A stretch of 60,000 nt of DNA from positions 109,370,001 through 109,430,000 of the forward strand of contig NC_087437.1 in the NCBI RefSeq assembly GCF_036321535.1, written 5' to 3'. Position 1 is the first letter of the stretch; every line of letters begins with the position of its first letter. This document shows positions 24,351 to 37,223 of the stretch, piece after piece. The position numbers were made by a program, and so were the translations under genes. The stretch is from Camelus dromedarius. Its lineage: Eukaryota. Below the pieces are notes generated by a model. The model did no database searches. It saw only the letters and a program-made list of their open reading frames with translations, and was not told where the DNA came from.

Positions 24351-26297
24351 GAAAGGAGAGACTAGTCCATATAAGTGGAGACCAACTTATAAATGGATTG
24401 AATATGTCACTTTCCAAATTGTCATCTGTATTTTAATTAGTTGAAACTCAGAATTCCTTTTTCCAGAGAAATGAAATGATTTGTTGTGATTGGGGACCCA
24501 GACAATTCTTACCCCTTCCCTCCCCCCAAAACTTTCTTCAACTCATCATGAGTTGGAAATACCATCCTTTGTAGCCCTGAGCTTTAAGTGCTTTCAAGAT
24601 TCTCTGCTCCACAAGTCAAGATGGCTTTTTGAGTGCTGAGGAAAGAAAGGAGTCTGGTGGGTGATGGAGGCTGGGAATTTCTCATTTCATTACAATTGTG
24701 GGGAGCAGAGCAGTGAGAAGAGGGAAGGTGGGAGGTGACTCCCCAGTGTCTGGAGCCCTGGCTGAGTTGCTGAGTGGGTCTGAATAAAGGGTAGAGGGAA
24801 TCTCATAGGCTCTGAAAACGACTCCCTGAGGACCTCTTGAAAAGAGCTGCTGGACAAGGGAGGATGCCAGCGAGGACCTTGGCAGCTGAGGCTCCCTTAG
24901 GAAGTCTGGTATTCACAGAGTGTGATACCTGCCCTTGCTGGTTCCCCCCACAAAGGTCACTGCTCCAGAATTTCATGCAGGAGGGACACAAGCCAGGCAC
25001 CAATCATGCTGTACTATTTGTTACTTTGTTACATCCAGCATCATTTATGCAACACTAAGCATTGAACAGCTGCAGGTACAACTTGGGATAAACAGTGAGC
25101 AGCACCCAAGGTTGAACTTACATTCTTGGGCAACAAATTAGCAAGGCCATAGGAATAGAAATAGTAAATAAGGCAATAGAAAATCAACACAATAAATATG
25201 TAAGTTATATAGGCTATGTGAGACCTACGGGTTAAGAATGACTAAAACAGCGAAGGCCTAAGAATCTCATCTATGAAATGAGGTACCTAAAGCTTCTGTC
25301 TTCACCACTTGGAGGTATTTTTCATGTCTATAACTGCAGTTGAGAGAGATGAGATTTCTGGAAGTGTTACTTATGGTTCTGTAAATTTAAAATTGAGTTT
25401 TCACTATAAGCTTAAAAATGACTTTGAGTGTCTAAGAATTCTGGAGAGCAGTTTTGGCTGTTTTTAAACGCCTGTGGATGTCTATGGGAAAAAATTAATA
25501 TGTTTTAAGAACCCATTTTCAGTCTTTAATTCCCCCTTTGAAATGAGAGAAAAAGGTAAATAACAAGATTCATAGCTTTGAAGTTATTTTACCAAGCTTG
25601 TATGATAATCATTATGTTTCCCTGATGGCTTTATTATATGACTTTAAGTATGATCTCCTTTTTCTAAGAAAGAGGAATTTATAAGAGTGATGGTAGTTCA
25701 CCCAGTAATTTGTAAACATTGCCTAAATCCCTAGTTAGCCAGTCTATATATGAAGGAGATGTTCAACTTTACAAAGAACATAATAAGTGTTTAAATTTAT
25801 TTTTCTACTTTCCACAGCCCAAATGAACCACTTATGATAATTATTGCCCTTTTCCACCGCCATTCTGAAGGAGCTTTTTATCATGAAGGCAGCGTTTCTT
25901 ACAGAGAAGTAGGTGTTTTAAAATAAACACGCAGGACAAGCAGAGGAAAGATAATCTCCACTCTACCCAAAAATATCTCAGGAAGGACATATGAAAATTT
26001 TTAAACAAAAGTATTAATATTCTAAAGAATATTTTTCAATGTTAATGAGCTTTTCAAAGTAAACATTTTTTAGAAACTGCAGCTAAGATTTCAAATAGCT
26101 GATTACACCAATCAAAGAGGAATTTCATCTACTCACAGAGAAGCCGTTAAGTTTCCGTTTGCAAGAGAGAGCTGAGCTAAAATCTTGCCTATCTGTCCCC
26201 TGCCTGTCTTTTTGTCTCTCTTCTTCTGGTTCATCAACTTCTCTTTTCTTAGCCTGCTCCATTACATTGAGTTTCCTGTGTGGAGTGTTTTGTTTTG

Positions 26298-26298
<1 letters not shown>

Positions 26299-26344
<46 letters not shown>
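26299..26344. repeat. Poly(T) tract, 46 nt
   Basis: Uninterrupted T run; source of the poly-F and poly-K pseudo-ORFs. Confidence 0.98.
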
Positions 26345-26345
<1 letters not shown>

Positions 26346-26347
<2 letters not shown>

Positions 26348-27312
26348 GTTCTCTCTTTCATTTCACAAATCTTGGGTGATCTCATCCACTGTCATGACTT
26401 TCCAGCCACTAACAGTGCCCTAGCTTCCCTCTTTCTCCTGTGTGATCTGTACTTTAGCTTCACTTTGGATCTCTACCTCACAGTAGAGTAACCAACAGCC
26501 CCAGTTTACTGGGGGCCGTCCTAGGTTAAATACTGAAAGTTTGGCATCCTACATCTCGTGAGCCAGTACAAACCCACTCTTGCGTACCCTTGGCCTAATC
26601 TGAAGAGGCTTCATGGATGAAGGAAGGCAACGTACTCCACTTCCAAGCACCACCAGCACAGCCACTGCCTCCGAACTAGGACGTTCCTCCCAGGATCACT
26701 GCTTGGTCCCTGTCCCTCCTACTGCCCTCCTGCCCACCAGTCCATGTCTCACACTGCAGCTGGAGTGGTCCTTTCAATGGCCATGGGAAATCACAGAGCC
26801 CCTCTTTTCACAGTTCTCCAATGGCTTCCCCTCTCACTCAGAATTTCACCCAACATTGCAGCCACTCCGCCCGTTTGACTCAGCTCCATTGATGACCTTT
26901 CTGCCTCGTTTTCTCCCTTTTGTCTGTCTCCTCATCAGCCTCCTTGCAGCTCTTCCCACATACGCAGAGCTCTGAGCTGAGCGCCCTCACACCTTGCTTC
27001 TTTGGCTTGACGTACAGCGACCTCCACCCTGCACACCCCCTAAACTGCTTTGCCTCTAACCCAGTGTTACAACCACCTGACAATAAAAAGCTTCTCCCAA
27101 GTCCCTAAGACCATCTGTTTTCTCCTCCATCACCCTACACCTCACTGCTTTTCATAGCATATACTAGAACCTACTACATTACATGTTTATTTATTTTTCA
27201 TCTTCCTAAGAAGATATACGTGTCATGAAAAAGAGACTTTGTTTTACTCTCTGTTGCCTCCTTAGAGCCTCAAAAACTGTCACATAACAAAAGCTACGTA
27301 CTTTTTGAAAGC
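26346..27312 (+). mobile_element. L2 3' region
   Basis: GGGTGATCTCATCCACTGTCATGACTT; TCCAATGGCTTCCCCTCTCACTCAGAAT; GAGACTTTGTTTT...CTTAGAGCCT terminus. Confidence 0.75.
26484..26590. mobile_element. MER94-like hAT-Blackjack MITE inserted in L2
   Basis: AGAGTAACCAAC...CCAGTTTA...ACTGAAAGT...TACCCT. Confidence 0.5.
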
Positions 27313-27399
27313 ATTTAAGAATCCTAATTGTTGTTCATGATGGAATTTGTTCATTTTGGGTGAAGCTCACTACCATTTCTCTTGGGATAAGTTGTTCAG

Positions 27400-27515
27400 T
27401 GGGTTGAGGGGCAGAAAGTGGCCAAGTTCCACAAGTTATTATAAGGCTATGTCCCCTCAGAGAGGAATCTGTTTCTAACTCTCATGAAGGTGCCATATGG
27501 GCTAGTAGTGGCCCT
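27400..27515 (+). mobile_element. MER45-like hAT-Tip100 3' end
   Basis: Terminal AGGTGCCATATGGGCTAGTAGTGGCCCTG. Confidence 0.55.
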
Positions 27516-28099
27516 GATTCTACCCATTGACACATTATACCCTCCTGTGTTCAATACATTCAAAAAATCATTTCATAACTAAAGATGTTTTCTTTGCTTA
27601 TTGTATCCCAAATCTTCTAATGAATTAGGACAATTGGCATTTGTTTGCCACTTCTCTGGGAGAGAAGAGAATAAATGGATATGTCCAAGCAACCAGAATA
27701 TCACACTTTTATTGGAAGTGGGTCTGTGGATAATGAAAAATTGGAAACATCTGTAAAGAGACTGATAACATGGCTAGTTCTGCAGAAAAGATGATGAGGG
27801 AAAAGTGTTAATGAAAGGTCATAATTGTTTACAATATTTCAGGAAGGTGAAATTAAATATGTAAAGGGTCAAGCCAAATTTTTTTCCTCACTATGGCCCA
27901 GAAATGAAATTAAGTCTCAGGTCCTAGAAAGCAATTAAAACTTATTGTGATGATTGCATTCACAGAATATTTGTAAGTAGCCCATTCAGAAATTTACAGT
28001 TAATGTCTCATTTTTTTTTTTTAAACATGGTCTTACTTTATGGCCAGAAAATCAAATAGAAGAATAAAACGGGAGCCAAAAAAAAAATCTACACCATTC

Positions 28100-28297
28100 C
28101 TAATTCATTTTATTTTATTTATTTAAAAAAATGTTTTTAGAGTGAAGGTAGATTTATTCAGAGAGATACATACTCCATAGACAGAGTGTAGCCTGTCTCA
28201 GAGGCGAGGGGGTGCTTAAAACAAAAGCAGATTTACATACTCCACAGACAGAGTGCAGGCCATTTACGCAGAAAGGAGAGCGGTGCTGATTCAGTTT
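28100..28297 (-). mobile_element. L1-mobilised retrocopy of an ERV LTR (U3-R) transcript end
   Basis: The minus strand has two copies of CACTCTGTCT(G/A)TGGAGTATGTA, then AATAAA (plus-strand TTTATT at 28153-28158) and an A-rich tail. TSD-like flanks CTAATTCATTTT (28100) / CTGATTCAGTTT (28286). Confidence 0.65.
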
Positions 28298-30477
28298 GTA
28301 ATAACAACATGGTCAACAATGTTAAGGGATCATTTTATCCAAAGTTTAAACTCTAAATTACTAACTGTAGGTATTTCCTTCAAGATCTTTATTTCTTTAT
28401 CTACGAAGTAGGCATAGTAAATTTATCTCCTAAGAAAAAAATATAACAATCAGATATGACAATTGGTATTATTAGGCTTAAAGATATGTTTCATAAATTA
28501 CTTTAAATGCTTATTAAATGGGCATTTTTATGAAAGGGAACATTTGCTTAAGACTTTAATGATGCTTGCATTGCTCACAAAGTATTTATTATCATCCAGT
28601 TAAGGAAGTGTGAGTTCTTCCAAAGAATATGGATGTTCAGACCTTCAGTGGTACTCTTCGTTTATGTTTTACCCAATACTACATTAAAGTTATCAATGCT
28701 TGACACGTTCAGAAGGCAGTTCATCTCTCTAAGAAGTCCCCTTTTTAAAAGTGGCTTGCCAGACCTCACCCAGGTGGCTTATCTGACAGTCTTGGCAAGA
28801 TGACATGGGCGATAATTCTGGACCTGACATTTCTGTCTGAGGCACAAAGAAACTGGAGGCTCATTTCCCAGAGGATGGGGGAAGTTGTAGCTCTAACTGT
28901 TTAAAATTGGATTTTATTGGGTAATGCTTCAAAGCACTCACTTTGCATTTCTGCTAACAAAGCTGAACATTCAGCCAAAATATTGGAAAGGAAATAGTCA
29001 GGCAGAATGAAACGACAGAGGAGGCTTGGGAAGTGGGGAGCCAAGCCAAGAATGACAAAATAAAAGGGGCACGTTCCAGTAGGAGAAGTGAAAGGGAAAA
29101 CTGTTTTTAGCTCATTGGCTAGTCTCCTTGTCCCACAGCCATATCCGAATCTTGGAAATAATGACTTCTTTAGTCGTTTTTTAGCTTTTCCTCTCATACA
29201 CTCTCTTGAAGTCTAGCCTGTTACATTAAAGAAGATGTTAGTAGCCCTTCTTGGCATTTCAAGCTTTTAATACAGATTGGTGTTTACGATTTAAGGACAG
29301 GTGCCACAAATGGAGGTCACAGGGTAGTTTCTACCCTGACAGTGGACATAAAATGACTTTAGCATTCATGCAATGAAAAAAATAAAGCGTTCCGAACAAA
29401 TATTTCTGTCTGAGACAACCATCATCTGAAACACAGGTTTGGGAAGTATTTTAAGCTCCACAACATGACTCTGAAGGTGAGCATATCTACTTGTTTGTCT
29501 CCTGCTAGGATGACTTTATTCATACCATAGTGATGTTGTGTGAATTCTTCTGCTCCTTGAAAAACACAGCTTATCTGATCATGGGAAGCCAATCCCACCC
29601 AAACTGAGCGGCTTATTTAGAAATGACTGAGAGCAGTCATAGAGACAGCCCAGGAAGGCAGTCTAAAAGGATAAATCAGAAAAGAGGACAGAACGCAGCA
29701 GAAGCTGGTTGTGCTGGTCAGAAAAAGAGACCTGGATGAACTGACTTCAGTGAGGTTCTCGGTAATTTTGTCAATGATGTCTCACTTGTGTTCCTAATCC
29801 CTCACTATGTGAGTGTGTGTGTGTGTGTACATTTAATTTATAAAATCGTCTCTGCTAACTATAACATGCACCACCTTTCCACATTTGAGGAGGTTTCCAA
29901 ATTTATATTCCAAATAAAAAAACATGAACACTTCATCATACCTAAGAGGACAGCAGACAAAATTTCCCACAACGTGATACAGTTCAGTTCTTTTACAAGT
30001 CTCTTGTGTTGCTAAATGACCCACAGAAATGAAACCAATGTTGGTAAAAAGCAAAACAATGATACTTTGTACTTGAGCAATTTCTAAAACTGAGTTGTGT
30101 GAAAACAATTAATGATAGATTTTTTTAAATGCAGTGGCTTTTTCTTTTAGATTTCATTAAATGGTTTTTGCAGAGGAGCTATATTTGAGAGGATATGAAT
30201 TTATGGATTGTACAAGGTGATTATTTTTAATGTATGTGTCAGTCTTAAATTAGCATGAAGTCCAAGAATTTAAAGGGAACTTGATCATGTAGTAAAGTTC
30301 TTACTCATAACTTTGGTTCTTTCAGAAACAAACCATTTAGATATTGCCAAAGTATCTTCAGGTAAAGAGACTAAACAATAGTACAGGCTTTCATAATATT
30401 TTCCAGTCAATATACATTTACTGCAAAACTAGTCTGTGCTGGCAACACAGAGTCAAATATGACACTTTCTGGTTCAT

Positions 30478-31100
30478 GTATGCATCTATTTAAAGCATTT
30501 ATTCAGGGTCTACAATGTGCCAGCACTGCTTAGAGGCAATAATGTACAAGGGTCAAAATAAGTTAAGACCAAGTTGCTGCTTTCATGGAAATTACAGCCT
30601 AGTGGAAGAAAAAGACATTAAAAAAAAGATATTTAATATAACAACAGACAGTGTAAAATGCTGTACTTAAAAATAAAGTAGGATGAGGAGTCAAGAGTGA
30701 CAGAGACAAGAGTGCAATTTTAGATAGGATGGTTCAGGTAGACCCTTCTGGCAGGGTGACATTTTAAACGGGGACCGGAATGGGCTGGGAATGAAAAGAA
30801 GGCGCTCTAGGGAGAGGGATCCCGATGCCAAAGATGCCACAGTAAGAGAACAGGGTATGCTGAGGACAGTTCCCTGGGCCAGCCAGTGCCCTGCGTGGAC
30901 GGGATGGGGAGAAATTGCAGAAGAGGAGGCAGGAAAGGGGGGTGGGGGCGATATTTGAAAGGATGGTAAACTGCTGAAGAGTTTCGATTTTGCTTAAGAT
31001 AGAAGGAAATTGAAGGAGTTTTAGAAGAGATCAGAAGAAAGCTGAACTATGTTTTCACCAGTCACTCTGGCAGCGGTGTGGAGATTAGGAAGCGGGGAGG
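30478..31100 (-). mobile_element. L2 3' fragment
   Basis: GCATTTATTCAGGGTCTACAATGTGCCAGCACTG; TTCATGGAAATTACAGCCTAGTGG; TCACTCTGGCAGCGGTGTGGAGA. Confidence 0.75.
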
Positions 31101-31161
31101 GAGATCATGCATTCATTCAATACATTATGAACCGGAGGCCTTCAAATACATTTGTTTGCTC

Positions 31162-31695
31162 CATGATGGTCAATTCTATGAGACAATATGACTGGGCCAC
31201 GGGGCGCCCAGATTAAACAATATTTCTGAGCGTGTGTGTGTGAGGGTGTCTTCAGATGAGGTTAGCCTTTGAGTCTGTGGATTTAGAACAGTAAATAGCC
31301 CCCCTTCATGTGAGTGGGCATCCTCCAGTCCACTGGGGGCCTGAGTAAACAGAACGGGTAGGATGGAGAAATTCAGTTTATTAGAAAAAAAAATTGCCTG
31401 ATTTCTTAAACTCGGACGTTGGTCTTCTCCCATCCTGGGTTCTCCTTGTCCTCACGCCTTCAGGCTTGAACTGGAGCCTCTGCCATAGACTCATGTGGTT
31501 CTCAGACCTTTGCACTTGGACTGAATTTTATGCCACAGGCAATTCTGAGTCTCCAAATTGTAAGTGACAGACTGTGGAACTTCTCAGCCTCTGAAGTTAT
31601 GTGATCCTATTCCTTATAATAAATCTTTTCATATATATAGGTATATAGAATATATATATATTCTATTGGTTTTATTTCTCTGGAAAACCTTTAGT
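31162..31695 (+). mobile_element. MLT2B-like ERVL LTR
   Basis: TGATGGTCAATTCTATG...GACTGGGCCACGGGGCGCCCAGATTAAACA; GGAACTTCTCAGCCTC; TCTATTGGTTTTATTTCTCTGGAAAACC. Confidence 0.9.
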
Positions 31696-34329
31696 GTTAT
31701 AACCTCCAGCCTCCCCTCACAAAAAAAATTTGAAAAAATATTTTAATATGTTCATAATGCATTTAAGTACTTGCAAAAGTATAATTGCCAGCATATTGAA
31801 AATACTGGCACTTAAAATAATTATTTCACTCCAATTTAAAATAGCCACTAGAATGCAAGCACGGAACTGATTTGCTTTGCATCATTATTCATGTAAAATC
31901 ATAAGTTGGTTTTAACACTTTTATGCTGGTGCCTTTAAGTTTCTCCTTAACTTCTTCCACAGAATCTTACTCTAAAATAATATATTTTTATGATTTGGAA
32001 ATGCTTTATGGATAATCTTTTTTGTATTTTTTGCAATCAACACGTACACACCACACACCCACGTATATAGTATAACATATATTAATTTTATTAAATGTAG
32101 CTCAGTATAACTAGTCTATTTTTGTAATTTACATAACTATAATTTATTTATAATTAGAGTATTTGTAATTTTACATGAGTAATATATTTAGTTACTGTAA
32201 CAGTAATGCTAGAATCCCTCATGCAGTTTTCATTACATACCTGCAACTGGTCCTGGTGCCCTTCATATTTTATCTCAATTAATTTAATCTTTGTAACCAG
32301 CCTATGTGGTAGCTCATACATCTTGTTCAGATAAACAGGGGGTGGAAATGGAGAGACTTTAGTTAACATCAACATCACTCAACCCTTTGAATACCTTCAA
32401 TTTTACGTGCCAAGATCAAACAGCTATCTATTAGCTGATTCAATTAGGTCCTCTAATTTTTGGTAGCAGAAGATTTGAAAGCACCCGATCAGGGAATGGA
32501 TTTGTTACCCATGTCAGGACCACGGTTAACCCAGTGATGGCCGTCATTTCATCCTAAAGCATGGCAGAGACTGGACAGTGCGTGGGCCAGGGGCTGACCT
32601 TTCTGTTGTTAAGGCAGAGAAGACCACCTCACAAAGGGGACACCTTGACTATGCTACATTCTCAGGCAGATCAGTTTTAGGACTACTATGGAAACTAAAG
32701 CTCTAGAATCCAGCTCCTGGTCAAGCCTGATCCCTCCCATGGCCACCTTGGCAAGACCCTCTGGGAAGCATGCTCAACGCTCCTCGGCAGTATCTTTTTT
32801 TTTTTTTTTTTTTTTTTGCTACCTTTCTTGTCCTTAAGAAACATCTTGTCCTTTTCAAAATGTGCTTTTCATAATCTAGGAAAAGGAGTCCCCGAGGTAT
32901 TAAATGGCCATCTCTGGCCATAATTTGAAGCGAGAGACCAGATTTTTATTACGATGATCAGATCACTTAACGATGTTCAGTCCTTGACAGGTTAATGTAT
33001 ATTTTATTGGAATATTGATCCATTTCTGTTCCTGTTAAACAGCAAAGTAACAGTTTAAAATGGTGCAGCCTGTGAGTAAAAGTGGGTGATGGTGGGGGGC
33101 AGCACTGAAAGACTGTGGATGCAGCTGCTGTTAAGTTCCAATTCACCCAAGAAATAATTTTTTTTTAATTGCTATAAGGGAAAAAAGCCTTTCCTGTTTC
33201 TATCCTTGGAGCCACTTTAAAATCATATTGATGGAAAAAAATAGATTGTTTAAATTTAAGCAGGCTACAGTTCTCCTAAAAGACACATATTTCTTGAAGG
33301 ATTCAGAAGCCATTTTGATATATTAATTTTATACCAGAAGTTTTCAAAGCTTGCTGTTTGAATGATCTGTTGGAACATGACCATTTTTATTAAACTGTCA
33401 TATTTTAACTTATCCAATAGTTGCTGTTTTAGTGCAAAATCTCATTAGTGATTTTACATGTTTCCACAGGTAGACTGGTGGAAAATTGATTGCTGTTTTT
33501 CATTTGACAAATCCTTGAATCCTCATATATTTTTCTTGCTTCTGCCCATCACCAAGAAATGGGCTGTTAACACTTTCCAGGCCTTTGCTGCAGAAAGAAA
33601 ACAGAGTCCTTTTGAAAGCTCTGGGTGATGTTTGTGAATATTTAATCATGGAGGTGGTACAATGGCCTCATTTACAGCAATATGTAAAAATTTATTTCAT
33701 GGTATTCTGTCAAGGAAAGAATCTTACCATATGCCCTCAAATAAAAATAAATGAGTAAGGAAAACTCTGACAAGAAGTTTACTAATTCTGCAAAAACTTT
33801 GGATGCAAGATTCTCTTAAGTGAAAATAGAATCATTCATGCAAATATGATTGAGTTTAATTTATTTCTGTTGTTAAAAAGGAATTTTAAAAAAGGGTTTC
33901 TATCTTTCTATGTTTTCAAATTCACACTGAGTATATTCAGTACAGAGTCTCATGGTTTTTATTAGAAATGCATTAAATGCAAAATTAAGTATGAAGAGAA
34001 AGGGATGGCAAGAACCTGACAGACATACTTAGAAGGACGTCAAGTACTCGGATTGGAGATACAGTGAGCAGCGTTTCCAAGTACAACACCCATTCCCTGG
34101 CACCAGGACAACATTACATTTCGGTGATTCACCCAACAGATGTATGATGACAGCCTCAGAGGAAAGAGCCTACCTCTGCTGAACACATGGAACTTTAGTC
34201 ACCAGCGAATAAAACATCACCGCTTGGTTCAATAAACATATGGAACACAAGTGGGTTGGTGGATGAATTTCTTAAAATTTCACTTTTTCCCATGTGATGT
34301 ATTAAAATTTTTGATACAGGCTAATTTAG

Positions 34330-34780
34330 CAGTTTTTGAAATTAAAATTTTTACACTCAGATTATAAAGAAATTCATTTATTATTATTTTTTAGTATTGT
34401 ATGTTTTCATTTTTTGCATACTGAGATTTAGTGCATTTGGAGTCTCTTCTTACGTATAGAGTGAATCTAACTTTGCATTTTCCAAACAGCTATTTAGTAG
34501 GATCCAAGCCATTAAAAAGTAGTACATCTTTTCCTTACTGTTTTGAGTTATCACCTTTCTTGCTTCTAAGTTTTTATATGAACTTGAGTCTTTTTCTAAG
34601 TGTTCTGTTTCACTGGTATGTCTGTCTCATCATGTTCTAGTACTGCACTGCATTACACGTAGAGGTTGTATGGTTTAATCCTGGGTAAGGCTATACTTCT
34701 CTGACTCTCCTCCTTGCTCTTTTTTTTCCAAGGTGTTTCTAGCTTCTTCTGCAAGTTTGTTTAAGAGGACTTAGGAGTAA
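34330..34780 (-). mobile_element. Old L1M fragment
   Basis: TTCTGTTTCACTGGTATG...CTAGTACTGCACTG; GGTAAGGCTA motifs of antisense L1 ORF2. Confidence 0.55.
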
Positions 34781-35934
34781 AATATTTTAATTTCTGTAAC
34801 TAACTTGCAAATGAACATATGCATTATGTACACATACAGAGGGAAAGAGAAAGTAAATGTGCAATTTTCTTGTGGTCTGAAAACTTTCAGAAATAAAGTA
34901 TTGGAAGAAACTCAAAAAATAAGTTAGGGATAAAAATCAAAGTGGTTTCCCATTAACTTTAAGGGAGGAAGTTGGACAGACATGGTCATAGGAACAAGTC
35001 TCCTCAATGTGTATTTTGAAACAATGTTTTGCTTCATTTTGAAAAATCTAACTGTATTAGTGATTCAAAATAAAACATCAATAAAATCTACGTTAAAATA
35101 ATTCCCTCTAAATATGGGAATTGTGAAACGGATTTCAAACATCCTAAGTGTTTTGCATCAGGAAATTTAAATAGTATCAAAAAATTCTTGGAAACAGACT
35201 GGCCAATGAAGGTCTTCCTGGTGGTTTGGCTTGCCCTGGTCCAGGAAATCTGTGCTTAAGAGGGGCCAGGAGCAGGATGGCATCTCACTTCCAGAGGAAG
35301 CATTGCCAGAAACTCCTGTGCTATTGACCTAGAGGTTGCAATTCCAACTTCTCTTCTTACTCTCCTTCTTCTCTCTAGAGGTCACTGCATTTACTAAAGG
35401 TCATGTGCACCAAGTGTCACCGTGTTGGAGCTTGATGGGGCATGTGCACATATGTTTGCATGCTTCTGCTATCAATTTTTTTCCTTCTCTCTGTGTTCCA
35501 CCTTTCAGGCAGGAATGCAAAGAGGAGAGGGGCAATCAACCCTGCACAGTTCTCAGTCTAGCTGGCACCATCACTCTCTCTGGTCTCTAGGGCTTTCTCT
35601 CTCCCTGGAATCCCATCTCTTGCTTCTTATCCTTTATCTGCCTACCGCTGTCCTGTATCCGAGCCTCAGAATAGACTTTACTTCTTCTGAAGTTTGTCCT
35701 TTCCAAGGTGGTGTTAAGCATTCTTGCCATGAGCTCCCATAGTCCTCTGAATAACCTGAACACAGGGCACTTCATAGTGTGCTGTAATTACCTTAGGAGA
35801 ATGAACACTTACTATATGCTCAGAGCTTGAATGTATTATTTGCTTTTTACATCAGTCCCATGAGGTAGGAGACATTTTGGTCTCTATTTTAGATAAAAGG
35901 GAAGTAGGCTTAGAGAAAATTAGTTACATGTTAT

Positions 35935-36484
35935 ATCGAGTAGACTTTAAGATGGTTCCCTATGGTTCCCACCTCCTGGTATCCTTGGTCTTGTGTAATC
36001 CCTTCTCCTTGAATGTGGGCTGGACAGACTAAGTTGTTTCTGAAAACAGAATATAGAGAAAGTGATGAGGTATCACTTCTGTGACTTGGTTACAAAAGAC
36101 TGAGGTGTCCATTTTGCTAGTAGATTCCCTTTGTTGCCTTCTTGGCTTGTCCACGTTGGTGAGGCAAGACAGCATATTGGAAAGGACCACACGGCAATGA
36201 GCTGAGGGTGGCCTCTAGCTGATTGCAGCTGGAGTCCTCAGTCCGACAGCCCTCAAGGAATTGTACCTCGTCAAAAACTTCATGAGTAAACTTGGGAGAT
36301 GATCCCTCCACTGCTGAAACTGTAAGTGAGACCACAGTCATGGGTGTGATGTAATTTTGTGGAAGATCCTGATACAGAGGCCTCAGCTAAACTATGCCCA
36401 GATTCATGGCTGATAGAACCTGTAAGATAATATATTTGTGTTCTATTAAAATGCTAAGTTTTAGGGTAAAGACAGATAACTATA
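35935..36484 (+). mobile_element. MLT1F-like MaLR LTR inserted in a MIR
   Basis: CTTTAAGATGGTTCCC...CCCACCTCCTGGTAT...TGTGTAATCCCTTCTCCTTGAATGTGGGCTGGAC. MIR sequence on both flanks (35790-35930 and 36510-36570). Confidence 0.85.
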
Positions 36485-37185
36485 GATTGTTATCATAGAC
36501 AATAAAATTGCTTTACTTAAGTCCCACAGTTAGAACTATAGAGTGCAGGGTTAAAATCCGGTGATTTCTAATGAATCCTTATGTCGTGCTGCTTGGTTAT
36601 GTCCCAGCTGTTTCTTCTTCATTTAGTATATTTTGATTTTCATTCCTATCATTTAGCAAATGCAGCAAACACCATTTGTGTATCCTCAACAATTGTGAAA
36701 TAAACATGGGTCTATGGAAAACAAAGCCTTCTATAGAGAATCAGCCAGTCAAAGCAACATTTTTTCAACTTTGTTTCTTAAAACTGGGTGAAGAGAAGAG
36801 ATACATGTAACATAACATACTACTTTGGAACTTCTTCATGCCCTTTTGCGTGCTTGCTGCAAAATCGGCAAAATCAATTTTAACATCTTTTTATCCTAGA
36901 ATATGGATCAGGGAGCACACATGAGTCCTAATTTGAAGTTAATTCCCTTATCAAACATTTTTTAAATACCTTCTGAATTTCTGCCTTTGTGCCAAGCCCT
37001 TGGAATACAAAATTGGATAGAACAATGTTAGGACCAAGACCAAATGCAAATAGTGGCATCATTGTGTGACTTGATAAGTGATTTAATTGAGGTTTGAACA
37101 TAGAACTGTGGAAATAAAGGCTAAACCAGTAATCGAGTGAGGTGACCTTCGTTGGTCTCTCTCTCTGTTACCCTTCCTTCTGCCT

Positions 37186-37223
37186 GCACACACTTACACA
37201 CGCGCGCACACACACACACACAC
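37186..37223. repeat. (CA)n/(CG)n microsatellite
   Basis: CACACACTTACACACGCGCGCACACACACACACACAC. Confidence 0.9.

Noticed and set aside
26125..26491. Poly-Lys and poly-Phe ORFs
   Set aside because: Artefacts of the 46-nt poly(T) tract.
31740..31950. Possible old DNA transposon fragment
   Set aside because: Resembles hAT internal sequence, but I could not identify termini or a family with confidence.
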